Below, in pieces: positions 1 through 8,297 of a DNA stretch of 64,000 bases (positions within the stretch are counted from its first letter, which is position 1; each line of letters opens with the position of its first letter). The DNA lies in the NCBI GenBank assembly GCA_016297535.1, contig JAEDGL010000001.1, forward strand, positions 1,078 through 65,077, given 5' to 3'. The position numbers and the translations under genes are program-made. This stretch comes from Clostridia bacterium. GTDB taxonomy: Bacteria > Bacillota > Clostridia > Christensenellales > Aristaeellaceae. The notes beneath the pieces are model-generated. The model saw only the letters and a list, made by a program, of their open reading frames with translations. It made no database searches and was not told the origin of the DNA.

Positions 1-1
1 G

Positions 2-205
2 CCCCAAGGAGGCACTGCGCTGTTTGCGTTTTTGGCAATGGCAGGAGATCTTGGAGGAGCACTTGGTCCCAGTCTGGTTGGAAATATTACGCAGATTGCA
101 GATAATGACCTTCGTATCGGACTACGCGTAGGATGCCTTTTTCCAATCTGCCTGATAGTTGGGTTAATCATTATGAAGCGTCTCTCCGGCAAAAAAGCCA
201 ACTGA
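2..205 (+). CDS. C-terminal fragment of a polytopic membrane transporter (MFS-like), truncated by the window edge
   Basis: Frame 2 is open from the window edge to TGA 203-205. Translation ...ALFAFLAMAGDLGGALGPSLVGNI...CLFPICLIVGLIIMKRLSGKKAN gives two hydrophobic helices with the Gly-rich pattern typical of the last MFS helices. Confidence 0.45.
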   Translation, partial: PQGGTALFAFLAMAGDLGGALGPSLVGNITQIADNDLRIGLRVGCLFPICLIVGLIIMKRLSGKKAN

Positions 206-388
206 TTCCACCAACGACGTAAGAGTGTGCTGGAATACTCTAATTGGATGCACATGAAAAAAAGAAGCGTTCAAAGAATCAGGCACGGACTGAATTGCAG
301 GCGGAAGCTGGGAGACAGGATTTGTGCTACTTCAAAGCGGCAATACTGGCACGCGTTCGAAACTGGGAACGCTGAGTATACGTTTCCC

Positions 389-417
389 TTGAATTTGCAA
401 AGGAATCAGGATACAAT
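389..417 (+). promoter_or_regulatory. sigma-A type promoter upstream of the nitroreductase gene
   Basis: TTGAAT (389-394), 17-nt spacer, TACAAT (412-417), about 40 nt upstream of ATG 457. Confidence 0.5.
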
Positions 418-456
418 AGAACAGAAAACGAAAGTACCCTCATGGAGGTAAATTAG

Positions 457-987
457 ATGAATTTTATGGAAATTGCTCAGAACCGGCAGTCCTGCCGTAG
501 CTACGACTCATCCCGCACTGTTGAGGAAGAAAAAATCCAGGCCGTACTGCAGGCCGGACAGCTTGCGCCCTCTGCCTGCAATGGTCAGCCCTATCACTTT
601 ACCGTGTGCAGGGGAGAAACGGCTCGGGAGATTGCGCGCGCCACAAAAGGAACCGGCATGAACTCCTTTGTGGAACAGGCACCTGTGATGATCGTCGTTT
701 CTGAGGAAAATTACGTCGCCTCAGCGGCGCTGGGGGCAAAGCTTAAGGGAAACGACTACCGCTCGATTGATATTGGAATCGCAGCCGCCTATCTTACCGC
801 GCAAGCCACCGCTGAGGGACTGGGCACCTGCATTCTTGGCTGGTTCGACGATGCGAAAATTCGCGAACTCTGTCACCTGAACCATCCCGTGAGGCTGGTA
901 ATCTGCATGGGGTATTCATCCGTGGAAGAAAAGCCGCGCGCCAAGAAGCGCAAAAAAATTGAGGAACTTGTTTCGGAAGTAGAGTAG
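457..987 (+). CDS. nitroreductase family protein
   Basis: 176-aa ORF with ATG preceded by GGAGGT. N-terminal RQSCRSYD...LQAGQLAPSACNGQPYHF is the typical FMN-nitroreductase signature. Confidence 0.85.
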   Translation: MNFMEIAQNRQSCRSYDSSRTVEEEKIQAVLQAGQLAPSACNGQPYHFTVCRGETAREIARATKGTGMNSFVEQAPVMIVVSEENYVASAALGAKLKGNDYRSIDIGIAAAYLTAQATAEGLGTCILGWFDDAKIRELCHLNHPVRLVICMGYSSVEEKPRAKKRKKIEELVSEVE

Positions 988-995
988 AAAAAGGC

Positions 996-1024
996 TTGAC
1001 GGAAAAGGGTTTGCATGGTATGCT
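996..1024 (+). promoter_or_regulatory. sigma-A promoter with extended -10 for the fhs leader
   Basis: TTGACG (996-1001), 17-nt spacer, TGgTATGCT (1016-1024). Confidence 0.55.
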
Positions 1025-1054
1025 GAATACGCGTGGTTCAAACAGGCCATGCAT

Positions 1055-1161
1055 GCGATACAACTGACGGAAGTGGAGCTTACCACATGAAGTATCGCGG
1101 CGCTGTTAGCGCTTGAATGCCGACCGTCTGGGCGCACCGGAGTTTTTCGGTGCGCCTTTTT
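1055..1161 (+). promoter_or_regulatory. ZTP (pfl-motif) riboswitch: aptamer plus terminator expression platform
   Basis: P1 GCGATA/TATCGC (1055-1060/1093-1098). Junction CAACTGACGGAA. P2 GTGG/CCAC (1073-1076/1083-1086). 3' sub-domain GCCGACCGTCTGGGC (1119-1133). Pseudoknot GACGG:CCGTC (1066-1070:1124-1128). The terminator 5' arm overlaps the aptamer 3' end. The element sits directly upstream of fhs, a classic ZTP-regulated gene. Confidence 0.7.
1131..1161 (+). terminator. intrinsic terminator (riboswitch expression platform)
   Basis: GGCGCACCG (1131-1139), 8-nt loop, CGGTGCGCC (1148-1156), then TTTTT. Confidence 0.75.
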
Positions 1162-1201
1162 GCATAAGCAAGAGGCAACAAACAAAGGAGGCAGGAGTAC
1201 C

Positions 1202-2881
1202 ATGGAATTCAAAACAGACATTGAAATTGCCCAGAGCTGCGAGATGAAAAACATCCGCGAAATCGCCGCCGTTGCCGGTGTGGATGATCGTTACCTGGAG
1301 CTGTACGGCAACTACAAGGCCAAAGTGGATTACAAACTGCTAAACGAGGATCCCTCGCCGGATGGAAAGCTGATTTTGGTAACCGCTATTTCTCCAACGC
1401 CCGCAGGCGAAGGAAAAACCACCACATCCGTCGGCTTGGCTGACGGCCTGCGCAAAATTGGCAAGAAGGCTGTTTTGGCTTTGCGTGAACCCTCCCTTGG
1501 CCCGGTATTTGGCATCAAGGGCGGCGCTGCAGGCGGCGGCTATGCTCAGGTTGTTCCCATGGAAGATATCAACCTGCACTTTACCGGTGATTTCCATGCC
1601 ATTGGCGCGGCCAACAATCTTCTGGCGGCCATGCTGGACAATCATATTCAGCAGGGCAACGCGCTGGGGATTGACGTAAAGAAAATTACCTGGAAACGCT
1701 GCGTGGATATGAATGACCGCCAGCTGCGCAATATCGTGGACGGCCTTGGCGGACGTATGCAGGGCGTTCCTCGCGAGGATGGGTTTGACATTACCGTTGC
1801 CAGCGAGATTATGGCCGTGCTGTGCCTGGCCACCAGCATTTCCGACCTTAAGGAAAGAATCAGCAGGCTGATCGTTGGCTATACCTATGATGACAAGCCG
1901 GTAACTGCGGCAGATCTGAAGGCTGCAGGCGCGATGACGGCGCTGCTCAAGGATGCTCTCAAGCCCAATCTTGTGCAGACGCTGGAAGGAACCCCCGCCT
2001 TTATCCATGGCGGGCCCTTTGCAAACATCGCTCATGGCTGCAACTCCATCATGGCCACCCGCATGGCGATGAAGCTGGGTGACTATTGCGTTACCGAAGC
2101 CGGCTTTGGTGCGGATCTGGGCGCTGAAAAGTTTTTGGATATCAAGTGCCGCAAGGCCGGTCTGACGCCTTCGGCTGTGGTGGTTGTGGCAACGGTGCGT
2201 GCATTAAAGCATCACGGCGGCGTAGCCAAGGCAGATCTGAACAACGAAAACCTGGCTGCCTTGGAAAAGGGACTTCCCAATCTGCTGCGTCATGTGGAAA
2301 ACATTACCAACGTATTTGGCCTTCCCTGCGTGGTGGCCATCAACCGTTTTCCTGCGGATACCGAGGCAGAGCTTGAGCTGATTCGCACCAGGTGCAGGGA
2401 GCTGGGCGTGAACGTTGCGCTGTCCGAGGTATGGGGCAAGGGCGGAGAAGGCGGCGTGGAGCTGGCCGAGGAAGTGGTTCGTCTGTGCGAATCCGGCGCG
2501 AACAGCAATTTCCGGTTTGCCTACGGCGACGAGCTGTCCATTGAGGAAAAATTGCAGGCCATTGTCACCAGAATTTATCGAGGCAAGGAGGTTTTGCTCA
2601 CCCCCAATGCCAAAAAGCAGGCGCAGCAGCTTACCGACCTGGGCTTTGCTTCCCTGCCCATCTGCATGGCCAAAACCCAATACTCCTTCTCTGACGATCA
2701 GACGCTACTGGGCGCGCCAGACGGTTTTACAGTAACGGTTCGCAATCTCAAGGTTTCTGCCGGAGCAGGCTTTATCGTGGCTTTGACCGGAGACATTATG
2801 ACCATGCCCGGGCTGCCCAAGGTTCCTGCTGCTGAAAAGATAGACGTAGACGAAAACGGCAAAATCACCGGCCTGTTTTAA
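1202..2881 (+). CDS. fhs: formate--tetrahydrofolate ligase
   Basis: ORF 1160-2881. Preferred start is ATG 1202 ([11 protein letters not shown]...), downstream of AAAGGAGG. It carries the ...[14 protein letters not shown]... nucleotide-binding motif and resembles FTHFS over its full length (about 560 aa). Confidence 0.95.
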   Translation: MEFKTDIEIAQSCEMKNIREIAAVAGVDDRYLELYGNYKAKVDYKLLNEDPSPDGKLILVTAISPTPAGEGKTTTSVGLADGLRKIGKKAVLALREPSLGPVFGIKGGAAGGGYAQVVPMEDINLHFTGDFHAIGAANNLLAAMLDNHIQQGNALGIDVKKITWKRCVDMNDRQLRNIVDGLGGRMQGVPREDGFDITVASEIMAVLCLATSISDLKERISRLIVGYTYDDKPVTAADLKAAGAMTALLKDALKPNLVQTLEGTPAFIHGGPFANIAHGCNSIMATRMAMKLGDYCVTEAGFGADLGAEKFLDIKCRKAGLTPSAVVVVATVRALKHHGGVAKADLNNENLAALEKGLPNLLRHVENITNVFGLPCVVAINRFPADTEAELELIRTRCRELGVNVALSEVWGKGGEGGVELAEEVVRLCESGANSNFRFAYGDELSIEEKLQAIVTRIYRGKEVLLTPNAKKQAQQLTDLGFASLPICMAKTQYSFSDDQTLLGAPDGFTVTVRNLKVSAGAGFIVALTGDIMTMPGLPKVPAAEKIDVDENGKITGLF

Positions 2882-2893
2882 TGGACCAAACGG

Positions 2894-2934
2894 AAATCGC
2901 CACTGGCTTTCATCGCCGGTGGCGATTTATTTTA
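2894..2934 (+). terminator. intrinsic terminator after fhs
   Basis: 14-bp stem AAATCGCCACTGGC / GCCGGTGGCGATTT with a 7-nt loop, followed by ATTTT. Confidence 0.8.
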
Positions 2935-3019
2935 CCATTTTCACCCGCATTGACATTTCAGGATGAATCGGGCTATAATACCTTAAGGGCAAAATCACAT
3001 TCAAAAATGAGGGTTAACG

Positions 3020-4402
3020 ATGAAATATGATGTTTTGATAATCGGTGCTGGTCCGGGCGGTATTTTTTCTGTTTATGAGCTGATGAAGCTGAATCCTTCG
3101 CTTCGCGTGGCGGTGCTGGAAGCGGGACATTCGCTCCAGAAGCGAAAGTGCCCGATCGACGGTAAAAAAATCAAGTCCTGTATTGGCTGCAAGCCCTGCT
3201 CCATCATGAACGGCTTTGGCGGCGCAGGCGCGTTTTCGGACGGTAAGTACAACATCACCAACCAGTTTGGCGGCACGCTGTATGAGTATATCGGCCGGAA
3301 CGAGGCGCTTGACCTGATGCACTACGTCGATGCGATCAACCTGGCTTTTGGCGGTGAGGGAACAAAGCTGTACTCCACCACAAACAGCGAAATCAAAAAA
3401 CTGTGCCTGCAAAGCGGCCTGCATTTGCTGGATGCATCCGTGCGCCATCTTGGCACGGATATCAACTACATCGTTCTGGAAAATCTGTATAACCATTTGA
3501 AGGATCAGGTGGATTTCCAATTCGATACGCAGGCAAGCACGGTGGAAAAAATCGACGGCGGCTATCGGGTAACCACAGACAGGGGAGAGGTGCTGGAGGC
3601 TGACAAATGCATCATTTCTGCCGGCCGCAGCGGCAGCAAGTGGATGGAATCCGTTTGTTCCGCTCTGAAAATTCCCACCAAGAGCAACCGAGTGGACATT
3701 GGCGTGCGTGTCGAGCTGCCCGCCGCTGTGTTTTCTCATCTGACGGATGAGCTTTACGAGAGCAAGATCGTGTATCGCACCGCAAAATACGGCGATCTGG
3801 TTCGGACCTTCTGCATGAATCCCAGGGGCGCGGTTGTTAACGAAAATACAAATGGCATTGTTACCGTTAACGGCCACAGCTACGAGGATCCGGCCCGGCA
3901 AACCGAAAACACGAACTTTGCGCTTTTGGTGGCCAAGCACTTTTCCGAGCCCTTCAAGGATAGCAACGGCTACGGCGAGTCCATTGCCAGGCTTAGCAAC
4001 ATGCTGGGCGGCGGCGTAATCGTACAGCGGTTTGGCGATCTGATTCAGGGACGCCGAAGCACCCCCAGCCGCATTCAGGATTCGTTCACGGTTCCTACGC
4101 TGGCGGCCACACCGGGCGATTTGAGCCTTGTTATTCCCAAGCGTATTCTGGATGGCATTATCGAAATGATCTACGCGCTGGATAAGGTGGCTCCCGGCAC
4201 GGCCAATATCGATACGCTTCTTTACGGCGTAGAGGTTAAATTCTACAACATGGAGGTTGCGCTCAACGAGCACCTGGAAACCTGTCATCCCGGTTTGTTC
4301 GTGATTGGCGATTGCAGCGGAATTACGCATTCGCTGTCCCACGCTTCCGCCAGCGGCGTTCACGTTGCCAGATACATTGCCGGACAAATGAAAAATGCAT
4401 AA
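3020..4402 (+). CDS. FAD-dependent oxidoreductase (COG2509-like uncharacterised dehydrogenase)
   Basis: 460 aa. N-terminal dinucleotide fold MKYDVLIIGAGPGGIF and C-terminal GDCSG motif. ATG is preceded by GAGGG. Confidence 0.8.
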   Translation: MKYDVLIIGAGPGGIFSVYELMKLNPSLRVAVLEAGHSLQKRKCPIDGKKIKSCIGCKPCSIMNGFGGAGAFSDGKYNITNQFGGTLYEYIGRNEALDLMHYVDAINLAFGGEGTKLYSTTNSEIKKLCLQSGLHLLDASVRHLGTDINYIVLENLYNHLKDQVDFQFDTQASTVEKIDGGYRVTTDRGEVLEADKCIISAGRSGSKWMESVCSALKIPTKSNRVDIGVRVELPAAVFSHLTDELYESKIVYRTAKYGDLVRTFCMNPRGAVVNENTNGIVTVNGHSYEDPARQTENTNFALLVAKHFSEPFKDSNGYGESIARLSNMLGGGVIVQRFGDLIQGRRSTPSRIQDSFTVPTLAATPGDLSLVIPKRILDGIIEMIYALDKVAPGTANIDTLLYGVEVKFYNMEVALNEHLETCHPGLFVIGDCSGITHSLSHASASGVHVARYIAGQMKNA

Positions 4403-4417
4403 GGAGGTCGTTTTCCC

Positions 4418-5134
4418 ATGATCCGCGTAACCATTTACAACGAATTTGTGCACGAAAAAACCGACGAGGCTGTCCGAAGCATTTATCCCGAAGGGATTCA
4501 CATGGCGCTTAAGCAGCATCTGGAGGATGAGGAAATTCACATCAAAACCGTTACGCTGGATGATCTTCCCGAGGGCCTCTCGGACGAAGTGCTGGAAGAT
4601 ACGGATGTGCTGATCTGGTGGGGACATATCGCCCACCACAAAGTGCCCGATGAAGTTGCTGTGCGCGTGCAGCAGGCTGTACTGCGCGGCATGGGCATGA
4701 TTGTTCTGCATTCCGGCCATCATTCCAAGCCCTTCAAGCTTTTGATGGGCACCTCCTGCAATCTGACCTGGCGTGAGGATGGAGACTACGAGCTGGTTTG
4801 GGTATGCAATCCCGCCCATCCCATTACGCAGGGCGTCGGTCGTTTCATCAAGCTGGAAGAGGAGGAAACCTACGGAGAACCCTTTGGTATTCCAGAGCCG
4901 GATGAACTGGTGTTTATTGGCGGCTACGAGGGCGGCGAAGTATTCCGCTCCGGCTGCTGCTATCGCAAAGAAAACGGCCGGGTGTTTTACTTCCAGCCCG
5001 GCCACGAAACCGTACCCACCTACCATCATCCCGAAATTCTCAAGGTAATCAAAAACGCGATCAGGTGGGCAAAACCCATCTATCGCGTGAAGCAGCTGGA
5101 TTGTCCCCATGTAACCAAACCGCTGGGCGAATAA
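4418..5134 (+). CDS. ThuA domain-containing protein (trehalose-utilisation-like, GATase1-like fold)
   Basis: 238 aa. AAGGAGG lies 8 nt upstream of the ATG. MIRVTIYNEFVHE...VLIWWGHIAHHKV...HSGHHSKPF matches the ThuA-like family as I remember it. Confidence 0.75.
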   Translation: MIRVTIYNEFVHEKTDEAVRSIYPEGIHMALKQHLEDEEIHIKTVTLDDLPEGLSDEVLEDTDVLIWWGHIAHHKVPDEVAVRVQQAVLRGMGMIVLHSGHHSKPFKLLMGTSCNLTWREDGDYELVWVCNPAHPITQGVGRFIKLEEEETYGEPFGIPEPDELVFIGGYEGGEVFRSGCCYRKENGRVFYFQPGHETVPTYHHPEILKVIKNAIRWAKPIYRVKQLDCPHVTKPLGE

Positions 5135-5141
5135 GGCCGGC

Positions 5142-5180
5142 AAAATCACCTCCGCATTCTGCTGCGCGGAGGTGATTTTT
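5142..5180. terminator. bidirectional intrinsic terminator between convergent genes
   Basis: 14-bp perfect stem AAAATCACCTCCGC / GCGGAGGTGATTTT (5142-5155 / 5166-5179), flanked by A and T runs. Confidence 0.8.
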
Positions 5181-5181
5181 G

Positions 5182-5694
5182 TTATTTTGTCGTGGGGCAG
5201 AGCGTCCTTTCGTAGCAGATTTCTGTAGGCACAAGGTTTGGTTTTGTTTTTCCGTTTGGAAAAAAGCCCTTGGCTTCATAAAATTTTCTTGCCCGTGTGT
5301 TTTGCTCAAAAACCCAAAGCATCACCTTTGAGTATCCGGCCTGGGTGATGTCGCTGATGACGCGATCCATCATCTTGCTTCCGTAGCCTTGCCGCCAGTG
5401 CTCCTGTAAGCTGTGGATGCAGATGAGTTCGGCATAGCCTGGCATCTCTTTTTCACGGGTGGTGTCCCACCAGGCGATGCAATGCGGATGACCGTCCACT
5501 GTAAGGATATAACCGTTCCCGATGTGGTTTTCCAAAAGTTTTTTGTACATGGCCGTAACCTTTTGAATTTCGGTGCATCTTTCTAATTCTTCCCGGCTTA
5601 GAATATTCTGAAACGCCTGACTCCAACTCTGGGTTTGGATATAGGCCAATGTTTGCTCATCGCCCTCGCAGGCCCGTTTAATGGAATAGGTCAT
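5182..5694 (-). CDS. GNAT family N-acetyltransferase
   Basis: ORF 5182-5784. Start chosen at ATG 5694 (MTYSIKRACEGDEQ...) to limit overlap with the rmuC 3' end. It carries the acetyl-CoA motif ...HWRQGYGSKMMD... Confidence 0.75.
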   Translation of the reverse strand: MTYSIKRACEGDEQTLAYIQTQSWSQAFQNILSREELERCTEIQKVTAMYKKLLENHIGNGYILTVDGHPHCIAWWDTTREKEMPGYAELICIHSLQEHWRQGYGSKMMDRVISDITQAGYSKVMLWVFEQNTRARKFYEAKGFFPNGKTKPNLVPTEICYERTLCPTTK

Positions 5695-7048
5695 TGTGCT
5701 GCTCACCATCTTTTGATTCGTCAGAAAGAAGCTTTTGGGCTTCCTGCTCGCCGATGGACTCAACGCTTCGAAGGCGTTTTTCAATGCTGCGTGTTTTTAC
5801 AAAGGCGGAGTCGATGCTGTTGGTTGCCTGCTGCAGCTTTTCCTGCGTTTTTTGCAGCAGCGTTGCAAAACTGCCAAAATCACTTTTGACCGCGCCAAGC
5901 AGCTTCCACACTTCCGCGGAGCGCTGCTCAATGGCCAATGTCCGAAAGCCCATTTGCAGGCTGTTTAACAGTGCCAAAAGAGTGCTGGGGCCGGAGACCA
6001 GAATGCGGTAATCGCGCTGGAGCATTTCAACAATGCCTGTATGTTTGACAATTTCTGCATAAAGGCCTTCGAGGGGCAGAAACATAATGGCAAAATCCGT
6101 TGTGTGGGGGGGAGCGATATACTTTCCGATGCGCTTTGCTTCTGTTTTGACAGCGTTAAGAAGCGATTTTTGAGCATCTTCAACGGCCTGCTGGTTTCCG
6201 GTTTGCGATGCCTCCGCCAGTCTGGCATAGTCCTCCTGGGGGAATTTGCTGTCAATGGGCAGATAGACCGGCTTGCTGTCCTTGTCACGTCCGGGCAGGC
6301 GCACCGCAAATTCTACGCGTTCCGCGCTGTCCGGAACCACTGCAACGTTGGTGTCATACTGGCTTTCGGTCAATGCCTGTTCCAGCAGGGCGCCCAGCTG
6401 CACTTCTCCCCATACGCCGCGGGTTTTTACATTGCCGAGCATCCGTTTCAGATCGCCTACGCCGTTTGCCAGGCTGCGCATTTCGCCAAGGGATCGATAA
6501 ACCTGCTCCAGGCGTTCGCTTACCTGTGAAAAGCTGGAGCTAAGGCGCTTTTCCAGCGTTTCATTCAGCTTTTCATCCACCGTAGCGCGCATTTCGGAAA
6601 GCTTTTTCTCGTTTTCTTCGCGTAAAAGGCGCATGCTCTCGTCCATGGACTTTCTCAGTGCTTCCATCCGCAGCTCCTGGCGCCGCATGTTCTCGTCCAC
6701 CATTTGCTGCATAACCTGCTGACGGCGTTCAAATGCCTGGGCGTTTTCAAAGCTCTGCCGGATGACGGCATTCACCTGCTCGGTTTGAGAACGGTTAAGC
6801 TGTCCAAAGGTGCCGGTAAGGCTGTCGTTGAGCTGATGCAGATTATACGTAAGCTCCTCGCGCTGGCGAAGCGACGTATGTTCCTCAAGCTCCTGAGCAG
6901 ACCGCAGAAGCTGCTCCTTTATGCCATTCAGAGCACTAATCGTTCTTTTTCGTTGAAGGATTTGCAGCACAATCAAGATGAGCATGAGCAAAAAACAAGC
7001 GCCCAGGCCCGGAAGAATCAGGTTTTCAAGGTTGATGGTGTGTATCAA
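5678..7048 (-). CDS. rmuC: DNA recombination protein RmuC
   Basis: The ORF extends to TTG 7078, but that codon lies inside the U-tract of the recR terminator. The in-frame TTG 7048 has GAAAGGCAGGGA upstream. The protein has one N-terminal TM helix, a long coiled coil and a C-terminal RmuC nuclease-like domain (...DFAIMFLPLEGLYAE...). Confidence 0.85.
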   Translation of the reverse strand: MIHTINLENLILPGLGACFLLMLILIVLQILQRKRTISALNGIKEQLLRSAQELEEHTSLRQREELTYNLHQLNDSLTGTFGQLNRSQTEQVNAVIRQSFENAQAFERRQQVMQQMVDENMRRQELRMEALRKSMDESMRLLREENEKKLSEMRATVDEKLNETLEKRLSSSFSQVSERLEQVYRSLGEMRSLANGVGDLKRMLGNVKTRGVWGEVQLGALLEQALTESQYDTNVAVVPDSAERVEFAVRLPGRDKDSKPVYLPIDSKFPQEDYARLAEASQTGNQQAVEDAQKSLLNAVKTEAKRIGKYIAPPHTTDFAIMFLPLEGLYAEIVKHTGIVEMLQRDYRILVSGPSTLLALLNSLQMGFRTLAIEQRSAEVWKLLGAVKSDFGSFATLLQKTQEKLQQATNSIDSAFVKTRSIEKRLRSVESIGEQEAQKLLSDESKDGEQHNDLFH

Positions 7049-7073
7049 AACCGTATCCCTGCCTTTCGTAGAT

Positions 7074-7107
7074 ATCAAAAATACCGCCGTCTCACGGACG
7101 ACGGTAT
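7074..7107 (-). terminator. intrinsic terminator after recR
   Basis: On the minus strand: ATACCGTCGTC, loop cgtga, GACGGCGGTAT (one mismatch), followed by TTTTTG. Confidence 0.75.
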
Positions 7108-7111
7108 ACGA

Positions 7112-7711
7112 TTACATTTCACGGCGTCCTTCCATCGCCTTGGACAGTGTAATCTCATCGGCATATTCAAGGTCGCTGCCCACGGGAACGCCGTGCGCAA
7201 TACGCGTAACCAGAAGGCCCATCGGTTTGATCAATCTGGCGATGTAAGCGGCTGTGGCTTCGCCCTCGATATCCGGATTGGTTGCCAGAATGATCTCTTT
7301 GACGCTGTCATCCTGCAGGCGGCTCATCAGTTCTTTGATGCGAATATCCTCGGGCCCTATGCCATCCATGGGGGAAAGCGTGCCGTGCAGCACGTGATAG
7401 GTGCCGTGGAAATCCCGCATCCGTTCAATGGCGGCAACGTCGCGAGGGTCGCGTACAACGCAGATCTGGCCGTTGTGGCGGCGTTCATCCGCGCAGATCT
7501 CGCACAGCGTATCCGTAGCATAATTGCCGCATGCTTCGCAATAGCGGATGGCTTTGCGCCCCTGGTAAAGCGCGGACGCAAGCTCGCGCACATCCTCAAG
7601 CGGCATGCTGATGATGTGATATGCCAAACGCTGGGCGCTCTTTTGACCGATGCCGGGCAGGCGGGACAGCTGCGCAATCATCCGGGCGATCGGTTCCAAT
7701 TGCTGCGCCAT
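7112..7711 (-). CDS. recR: recombination protein RecR
   Basis: 199 aa. HhH motif LPGIGQKSAQRLAYH, C4 zinc finger CEACGNYATDTLCEIC, and a Toprim domain. Confidence 0.95.
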   Translation of the reverse strand: MAQQLEPIARMIAQLSRLPGIGQKSAQRLAYHIISMPLEDVRELASALYQGRKAIRYCEACGNYATDTLCEICADERRHNGQICVVRDPRDVAAIERMRDFHGTYHVLHGTLSPMDGIGPEDIRIKELMSRLQDDSVKEIILATNPDIEGEATAAYIARLIKPMGLLVTRIAHGVPVGSDLEYADEITLSKAMEGRREM

Positions 7712-7714
7712 GGC

Positions 7715-8056
7715 TTAGAACATGCCGCCCATGCCAGGAGCCAGCTTGGACATCTCGTTGTTTCTGGTTTCTTCGGCAAGGCGAAGCGCCTCGTTCACCG
7801 CGGCCAAAATCATATCCTGAAGCATTTCCACATCGTCGGGATCCACGCATTCGGGCTTGATTTCCAAAGACTTGAGCTCACGCTTGCCGGTTACGGTTAC
7901 GCTGATCATGCCGCCGCCAGCCTGCGCGCTGTATTCACGCTCGTCCAGCTCCTCCTGCGCTTTGGTCATCTGCTCCTGCAGTTTCTGGGCCTGACGCATC
8001 AGCTGCTGCATGTTGGCGCCGCCGCCAAAACCGCCGAAATGATTGTTGCGAGCCAT
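7715..8056 (-). CDS. ybaB: YbaB/EbfC family nucleoid-associated protein
   Basis: ORF reaches 8086. ATG 8056 (MARNNHFGGFGGGANMQQLMRQAQKLQEQM...) gives the usual length of about 113 aa. It lies 3 nt upstream of recR. Confidence 0.9.
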   Translation of the reverse strand: MARNNHFGGFGGGANMQQLMRQAQKLQEQMTKAQEELDEREYSAQAGGGMISVTVTGKRELKSLEIKPECVDPDDVEMLQDMILAAVNEALRLAEETRNNEMSKLAPGMGGMF

Positions 8057-8297
8057 CAAATCATCCTCTCCAATAGCAAAAAGCATTGATATTTCAAATT
8101 GAACGGCTGTTTTTCCGTATGATCAGCCATCCTATTTATCATACCTCGTTTTGCTCCAAAATGCAATGTTTCCAACCACAAAAAACACCGCAGTTGATTC
8201 ATCAGCCAAAACATGTTACCATGATTACGCATGAATTGCCGGCGCGAAAACGTTATCAGTTTGGGGATGCTTTGATTTACCGGATGGGAGGTTTTGT

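Noticed and set aside
227-451. 74-aa ORF filling the gap upstream of the nitroreductase gene.
   Set aside because: Highly basic, atypical composition with no RBS. It contains the nitroreductase promoter (389-417) within it and is more likely non-coding leader or promoter DNA.
987-1202. Considered a THF riboswitch for the fhs leader.
   Set aside because: The conserved elements present (ACTGACGGA ... CCGACCGTCTGGGC with complementary pseudoknot) fit the ZTP/pfl motif, not the THF fold as I remember it.
3014-5149. 711-aa ORF on the minus strand spanning two plus-strand genes and their intergenic spacer.
   Set aside because: It is exactly codon-aligned antisense to the FAD-oxidoreductase and ThuA genes, which share one frame. 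Antisense stops arise only from sense TTA, CTA and TCA codons, which this GC3-rich genome avoids. It has no RBS and a low-complexity Ala/Gly/His-rich translation with no recognisable domain. It is a shadow ORF.
6704-8089. 461-aa plus-strand ORF opposite rmuC, recR and ybaB.
   Set aside because: It crosses three well-supported minus-strand genes and a terminator. It is an antisense shadow with no start context.
8057-8297. Looked for an SRP (4.5S/scRNA) gene or a sigma-E type promoter (CATACA-T) in this gap, given the Bacillus scr-dnaX-ybaB-recR order and sigma-E control of spoIID.
   Set aside because: There is no GGUGCUGUU...GAAGGAAGCAGC-like SRP core. The only CATAC element (tCATACCTc, about 8141) lacks a convincing -35 partner, so nothing is reported.
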